NCBI RefSeq assembly: GCF_000485595.1
Contig: NW_014577070.1
Location: forward strand, 496,432-560,431
Direction: 5' to 3'
Length of the DNA stretch: 64,000 nt
DNA from: Priapulus caudatus
Taxonomy: Eukaryota
Shown: piece after piece, positions 57,558 to 64,000 of the stretch
Layout of the letters: each line of letters starts with the position of its first letter
Numbering within the stretch: position 1 is the first letter of the stretch
The notes under the pieces: model-generated
Databases searched by the model: none
What the model was told of the DNA's origin: nothing
Seen by the model: the letters and a program-made list of their open reading frames with translations, nothing else
Translations under genes and position numbers: made by a program

Positions 57558-59646
57558 TTACGATGGTGGCGGCGAGCGCGGCTTGAACGCCAGCTTCCTG
57601 CTCTTCACCAGCACCCACTTGTGTCGCTTGTAGTAGTAGAGAATCGGCGTGACGATCGAGAAGAAGACCATAACCTGTAGGTGAAGGTGTAGCATGAGCA
57701 CGTTACTATGGCACCGCCTTGTGCAACCACCGATAGAGCATCTAAACATGCCATCGATCGATTATGTTAAATGGAATCCTGGACAACTTTACATGGTGTA
57801 CTGCCTGCCCATGGCAGCTGCCCAAAAATAAATCTTAATATGGTCAAACATTTTTGACAACCTCATGAGCAAACTCTCAGTCAACTTCTTTTCACAGATA
57901 TCACACTGGGGTATATAGCACGAGCAAGCACACTGTACACTACCCCTCTCTTCTCTCTGCTACCACTTCTTTCATACAATTTCAGCTCGAGTAACCTCAA
58001 GTTTATTTATTTTTAGCTAAAGCTCGGCTAGAAGAGCCAATTTTCTTCCTAGTATTCCAGATTTTTGAGAAGCAAACATTTATATATATATATATATATA
58101 TATCACCAGTTATCTACTCAATGAAAATCCACTTGACATAGGATTGAACTAAATACAATAGGCTTACCTTCAGCAACATTCTCTTACGCTGGTCGTGCTC
58201 TGGTTCAGTAGCCCATCTTAGGAATGTAGATACATCCTTTGCGAGCTGACTTGCATATGCTGGTGTTCCTGCAACACAATGACAATGTTTATGTGATTGT
58301 ACCAGCAAGTTTCATGAAGTCAATAAGTCACTAATTACCTCCGTGAAATTGCAGCCAACAGGAGAATAGACACGCACATAAAAGAGTACAAATAAGACAT
58401 CAGTGCAGACGAAATAGAAAATGACATGACTCCTGCATAATTGTGTACTATATTTACCATCTTCATATTCAATGACTTCGTTGTATAATGACTGGGCCAT
58501 TCCGATGGCACCTCCTGGGAAATAGGGATTATAATGCTGGCCCTCAGCTAGTTCAGTCCCGGCAGGAGGGTCGCAATATCCAGTCATGAGAGCAAAGATA
58601 TAGTCCTACAAGGTGGAAGAAACAAAACGGATTTATCTAGATGGGTTCACGTAGATTTCACTTCTACCATAAGTGCCGCTGATTATATGTAGACGTATAT
58701 ATACTAGGTGCAATCAAGGCTAATCTCTGCATTGAAGGGATCACAATTCACAAATGAGTTTTGGTATAAACAATTTTGAATTTGATGCACACACATACGG
58801 ATTACAAGTGTCTTCATCTAGAGTGAAGAACGCTATATCGAAATAGCGCAAGTAATATAGTACGAGACTAGCACCAGGTCATATAGATGATTTCTGCTGA
58901 GATAGTGATGGGCATGTAATATATATATATGTGTATATATATATATACAGGGGTAGAAATAAGGAGAAAAAAAAGAGATCTAGTTTGAAATTTAGATGGT
59001 CCTCCTAAATTTCAAATTGTTCTCTAAAAGTAATGCGGCGTGCAAGCGTAAGAAAAAGATTTTACATGGTGATAACATGGTTTAATTATTCACCTACAAT
59101 GAATGTATCAAATGATACAGTAATTGTTTATTCACTTTAATAGTATATTGGTTAATAAAGTTGTTTCAGTAGAATTTAGTTGAAACCATAACACCGGAAT
59201 ATAGTATGTCTCAAATATTTCTTAGAAGCACATTCATTCATTTAATACAGTTGACATTCCTTCAGTCAAGCAGTTCATTCAATCGATTATAAGCCGTCTT
59301 CGCACACCATGCAAAGGTCAGATAATGTAATGACTCTCGCCATTAGGCTATGCCTATATTTCATATTATCTTATTAACGGGGAAGATGCTGTTTGGGTGT
59401 CAAGTCATCACAATCAAAACATGAAGAGGGACAATCTGACCAATCACGCACCAGCTTACATCATGCCAAATATTTGTTATGGTCAACGCTAGATTAGCAA
59501 TAATCGAAACGTGGAAACTTCAAAGAAAATTACCGTAAAATGGGACCAAAATATTCAATGGTCCGTCAGACCATTGACTGAAAATCTGATGGTCCTCCTG
59601 CTTATTTGATGGCCCTGGACCATCGGACCATTGCTTATTTCGACCC

Positions 59647-59682
<36 letters not shown>

Positions 59683-60710
59683 AATCAGACATCCACATGT
59701 GCACATTATGCTGATTTGTCTCGTTGATGCGACGCAACAAAAAAAATACATTTTTCTGACAGCAGCATGGCGTGAACCTTGCACGAACAGCAGGGTACCT
59801 AAAATGTGAAAGGGAATCGTTAACTATGCACTCCATACCTCCCCGCCATGCCGTGCATTGGCCATGAAGCTGAGATCCGGTGGCAGAGCACCATTGTTGG
59901 CAGAGCGGGCAGCTTCGTCGTTAGCATAGGGATTGGGCAGGTAGTCGGACAGCTTGCCGGGTCTCTTGAACATTTCCCCCTGGTCGTTCGGTCCATCCTC
60001 GATGAATTGCTGCAGAAGATAAAACAAAAAACTTTCCATTAAAATTATGATTATGAACCGTAATGGCTTAATAAACAAGTGCCGCAGAGCGACAGCGCTC
60101 ACCTGACGGCAGGTGTTCTGATGCTAAACTCGGGGGCAAACGAATCAAGAGCACCCTCCCATCGCCGCGTTAGCTCTCCCTCGTTGTCTCTCATTCTTTC
60201 TCATTCGCTCTCTCGCTCTTGCTATCTCTTCCCTTCGCGCTCTCTCTCTCCCTCTCTCGCTCGATCACACACTCGCTCTCTATCTCTCGCTCGATCACAC
60301 TCTCTCTCTCTCTCTCTTCTTACTCTCTCTCTCTCTCTTGCTCTCTCTTCCCTTCACCCTCTCTCTCTCTCCCTCTCTCTCTCGCTCGCTCACACTCACT
60401 CTCCTCATTGTCTCTCCTCTTTCTTTGTCTTTGTCTTTCTCTCTCTTCTATCTCTCTCCTCTCTCTCTCTCCTCTCTCCCCTCCTCTCTCTCTCTCTCTC
60501 TCTCTCCTCTCTCTTTCTCTCCCTCACTCTTCGCGCTCCGGTCGCGCGCTCTCCCTCTCTCTCTCCCGCTCTCGCGTTCTCGCTCTCTCTACTCACTCTC
60601 ATCTCTTTCCTCCTCGCTCTCTCTCTCTCTCTCTCTCTCTTCTCTTCTCTCTCTCTCTCCGTCTCTCTCACGCTATCTCTCTCTCTCTTCCTCTCCTCTT
60701 CTCTCTCTGC

Positions 60711-60741
<31 letters not shown>

Positions 60742-63468
60742 TCCTCTCTGCTCCCGCCTCCCCTCTCTCTCTCTCTCACTCTCTCTCTCTCCCCTCTCTA
60801 CTCAATTTCTCTCGTTCTCGAGCCCTCACGGTAGCCGCTGATCCGGGACGGAGGCTGTACGACTGATTGTCGTATACAGGACGCGTCTGCCTATTCGTCT
60901 GATCAAGACGGAGTGTCTGCCATGGTCTTCTAACGCCTAGCAAGACCGTTTTCGCTGGAGCCTAAGCAAGCGGTAACGTGTTGTATGATAACGTTCACAT
61001 AAATGTGTGTACGTTGGACTATAGCTATAATAGCGCTTAATTTCGGACCCTGTTGTGGTGCAAATCCGGCAGAGCCGCAATGTTTTTTATACTATGTCTA
61101 AATCTCGGTGTGTGGTCCCTGCCATGCGGCCCAGCGATGGTAGGAAATTAGTGACGAATCTGCCTCTAAAAACAGCTGCTTGTGCCCGCAACCAAGGTAA
61201 CCCTGCACAGGAATCTGACTTGTCCTTCACTGGAACATCGGACCAAGTACGAACAAAACGGCGATAGTCGCCCTCTATTATATCTCTAAACCACTGCGTC
61301 AGATCATGGTATTCACGAAGCGCTTGCACTCGATAGATAATGTTTCCGTTGGATCGATGTATGAAATTGCAAGAGAGATGGCTTAGCCGTACGTTCGGTA
61401 GCTGGAAGGCTTCCCACCTCACGTAGTATTAGTTATACAACTACTTATTGCAAGACAGACATAGGTAAGCACTCCGATCATTTCATCACTACACAAGCCT
61501 ACAAGCTCGAATATAGAGACCTAGCCACCGGCTTACCTAATTAACGCAGGCAAAAACTCACACCATCACTATCACCTACCACATGCCACTGGCAGTGCTG
61601 CCGACTGGCCCAAGCTGCGCATCTTAACACACTGACAGTTACAGAATGCGCATAAAAGATACGACTGTAAGCGCTTAAGATAAACCTTCTCTCAAGCAAA
61701 ATTAGCTTATTTTGAATTTCCACTGCGACATTTAGGNNNNNNNNNNNNNNNNNNNNNNNNNNNNNNNNNNNNNNNNNNNNNNNNNNNNNNNNNNNNNNNN
61801 NNNNNNNNNNNNNNNNNNNNNNNNNNNNNNNNNNNNCTTACTCTTCGTATGTCAGCAGAAAGTACATTTCATGGCCCTTTCAATAAAGCCATAAAAATTC
61901 TAGGTCACCGCTGAAACAAAAAAGTCCTCAGAAAATGTCTAAAATCTGCCCTGTGCCCCATTGACCTTTGACCTCCAATTTCGGCACAGTGATGGCTTTT
62001 CCTACCATGATGCTATACACCGACTATCACGAGCCTAGGTCGAGCCGTTTAGATTTGTGCCGCAATTCTGCATTTCCTCCCTATACCTTAAGTTAAGGAG
62101 GGAATGTTCCCCCTTCTTTTACACCTTTTGACCTTTGACCCCCAGCTTCGACATCCCAACTCGATTTCGGATTACCCCCCCACGTCCCGACTTTCGAATC
62201 CGTACGTCGAGCCGTTTAGATTTGTGCCCAACTGTTGACGGACGCACGGACGGACGCTCGGACGGACGGACGCACGGACGCACGCTCATGCGATTCTACA
62301 AGCTGCATCTGACTATGTCAGATGAGCTAAAAACTATATCCACTAATCACGGTGTTTTTGCAATCGTGTCACTAGTGATAATGCAGTTACACGGTGCAAG
62401 CTTCCACACATTTTGTTGTTTCACAATTTAACTATGATAAATGCACTTACAATGGTAGCTACAAAGGTATTTTCGTAATTACATATACAAAATCAATTTC
62501 ACTGACTGCGCTTACAAGTCAATAATAGCAGTAAAACTGCGACCTTCGCTAAAAGATCTATCCATGATTAGCTACCACAGATACAAAACTAACTGGATCA
62601 ATTGTTTACTGCACTTCACCTCTTCGGCTTCTGCCTTTGCCTCAGCTTCTGTGTGGCATACGTCCACCAGATTACGGTAAGCGATGTACTTCATACTGTG
62701 ACAGGCGGCACACACCTGCTTGTAGACTTCATAACCTCGTCGGATGCTGCAGTGATTATGTTAATGTCACAAATCTATATTTAGTAATGCTATCAATTGT
62801 TATTGTAAACGATTTTGATTAACCAAACAACACCGAACATAAAGCCTTTGTAATAGAAAATGTATATGGAAATGACGTGAGAAAAAATTCATTTTCTACC
62901 CAACAGGTGGCACCAGGTTTATCATTAACAAGTAAAATAGCTAAAAATGATGAAACACTTAACTCTACATTTAAAAACTACTAAACAGACTGAAACAGAG
63001 ACGTCCAGTGATCATCACCTGGCATGATCTATAGAGCTAAACCATCCTTTATGGCTCCATGGCAGTTTGGCAGGATGAAGAATTAGGTCTGTTGCTTTTA
63101 CAGAATGGTTTAGTGCAGCAACTAGACCTAATCCACCAGCAGTTAATAGACCTGTTGTGCCAAGAACCTACAATTGTCATGAATAAGCATTCATTAACAA
63201 CACACTTACTATGCACACTACATTCAGACTGCTACTAAACATGTGAAATGTATCTGTGTGCGAGTGACTGTGAGTGTGTGTGTGTGCATGTGTGCGTGTG
63301 TGTGTACGTGCGTGTGTGCGTGCTTGCATACGTGTGTATATATACATGTATGTTAATTATCAGATTTTTAACATGTAATTATGTAGCTATAATCAAAATT
63401 AAATTACAAACAGATGTACTCACAATCTTCTTTCCCCATGAGTAACTGCTGTAACTTGAAAGGTTGCC
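57558..63468 (-). CDS. CYC1: Cytochrome c1 heme protein, mitochondrial (complex III); first exon not found, presumably beyond window end
   Basis: Exons 63468-63424, 63167-63019, 62746-62620, 60009-59839, 58605-58458, 58268-58168, 57674-57558, all in phase. Motifs: [35 protein letters not shown] (CxxCH heme site), [45 protein letters not shown] (axial Met), [17 protein letters not shown]-terminal TM anchor and [12 protein letters not shown]. Confidence 0.97.
58948..59649. mobile_element. hAT-like MITE inserted in a (TA)n tract
   Basis: TIRs caggggtagaaataag / cttatttcgacccctg; (TA)n on both flanks. Confidence 0.7.
60180..60810. repeat. (CT)n-rich polypyrimidine/polypurine tract in CYC1 intron
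   Basis: Direct inspection. Confidence 0.95.
61837..62333. mobile_element. HINE/Helentron-like (DINE-1-type) non-autonomous element end
   Basis: (GGAC/GCAC)n microsatellite at 62240-62284, terminal hairpin catctgactatgtcagatg followed by agctaaaaa, internal repeats of gacctttgacc and gtcgagccgtttagatttgtgcc. Confidence 0.55.
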
Positions 63469-64000
63469 CTAAAAGATAAAAATATAAACATTGGTTACAT
63501 TTACTCATTTGAAAAGATTATGCAATATAGTATTTCAATATAAAGTATGTAATATTTATAATATACATGTGTATTATATTAATACACAATAGTCAATACA
63601 ATAAGCCTCTTGTCTGTGTGAAACAGAAGACTGAGTGGGACATAACTAAGAAAAAGAAGCATTTTAATGATAATTATTTTAAAATTTGAAATATTCAATT
63701 CAAAAACTCAGTGCATCATCAGTTAAGTAAATAAATTGGATATACTTTTATCCAAAAGTGTCTCTATTGTTTTGAAGATAAACATGTTAAAAAACTACAC
63801 TAATCTAAATGATTAATTATGCTTAATGGGGTTAGCCACTAGCTTTGTCAGCAGGTGGCGCAGCGGGAGCAGCAGTTGTAGAGCCGGTTGCGCAATGACC
63901 CATGGCAGATGTAAACATACATCGATCACACATAGCTGATCCTATATTTTGATCAACATATCAGAACAAATCGAACATATTTATACCTAACTTTAAGAGC

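Noticed and set aside
60079..60866. Long Ser/Leu and Arg/Glu ORFs
   Set aside because: (CT)n microsatellite translations.

Overview
Repeat-rich animal (invertebrate-like) nuclear genomic DNA with four intron-containing protein genes that I reconstructed by hand from splice sites and reading frame. (1) A two-coding-exon LRR + 2xFN3 single-pass membrane protein (+, 26409-29543). (2) The 5' half (9 exons, 330 codons) of PRMT5 (-, 40175 to 31704); I found no catalytic 3' exons in the remaining 31.7 kb, so the LRR gene looks nested antisense in a very large PRMT5 intron, or this PRMT5 copy is truncated. (3) A 28-exon WDR97-like WD40 gene (+, 41877-56644), head-to-head with PRMT5. (4) Mitochondrial cytochrome c1, CYC1 (-, 63468 to 57558, first exon not found in the window), tail-to-tail with WDR97; CYC1 and WDR97 are also near neighbours in human 8q24.3. 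Introns carry many MITEs, including six fold-back elements of four types that wrap (TTAGGG)n arrays in inverted repeats with 8-bp target duplications, and a triple-nested transposon stack. Composition switches near 30.5 kb from CpG-rich to AT-rich/CpG-poor (judged by eye). N-gaps lie at 6246-6254, 23060-23084, 53163-53187 and 61737-61836; two have duplicated flanking sequence. Gene identities come from recalled sequence motifs, not database searches. No CRISPR, rRNA or tRNA recognised.
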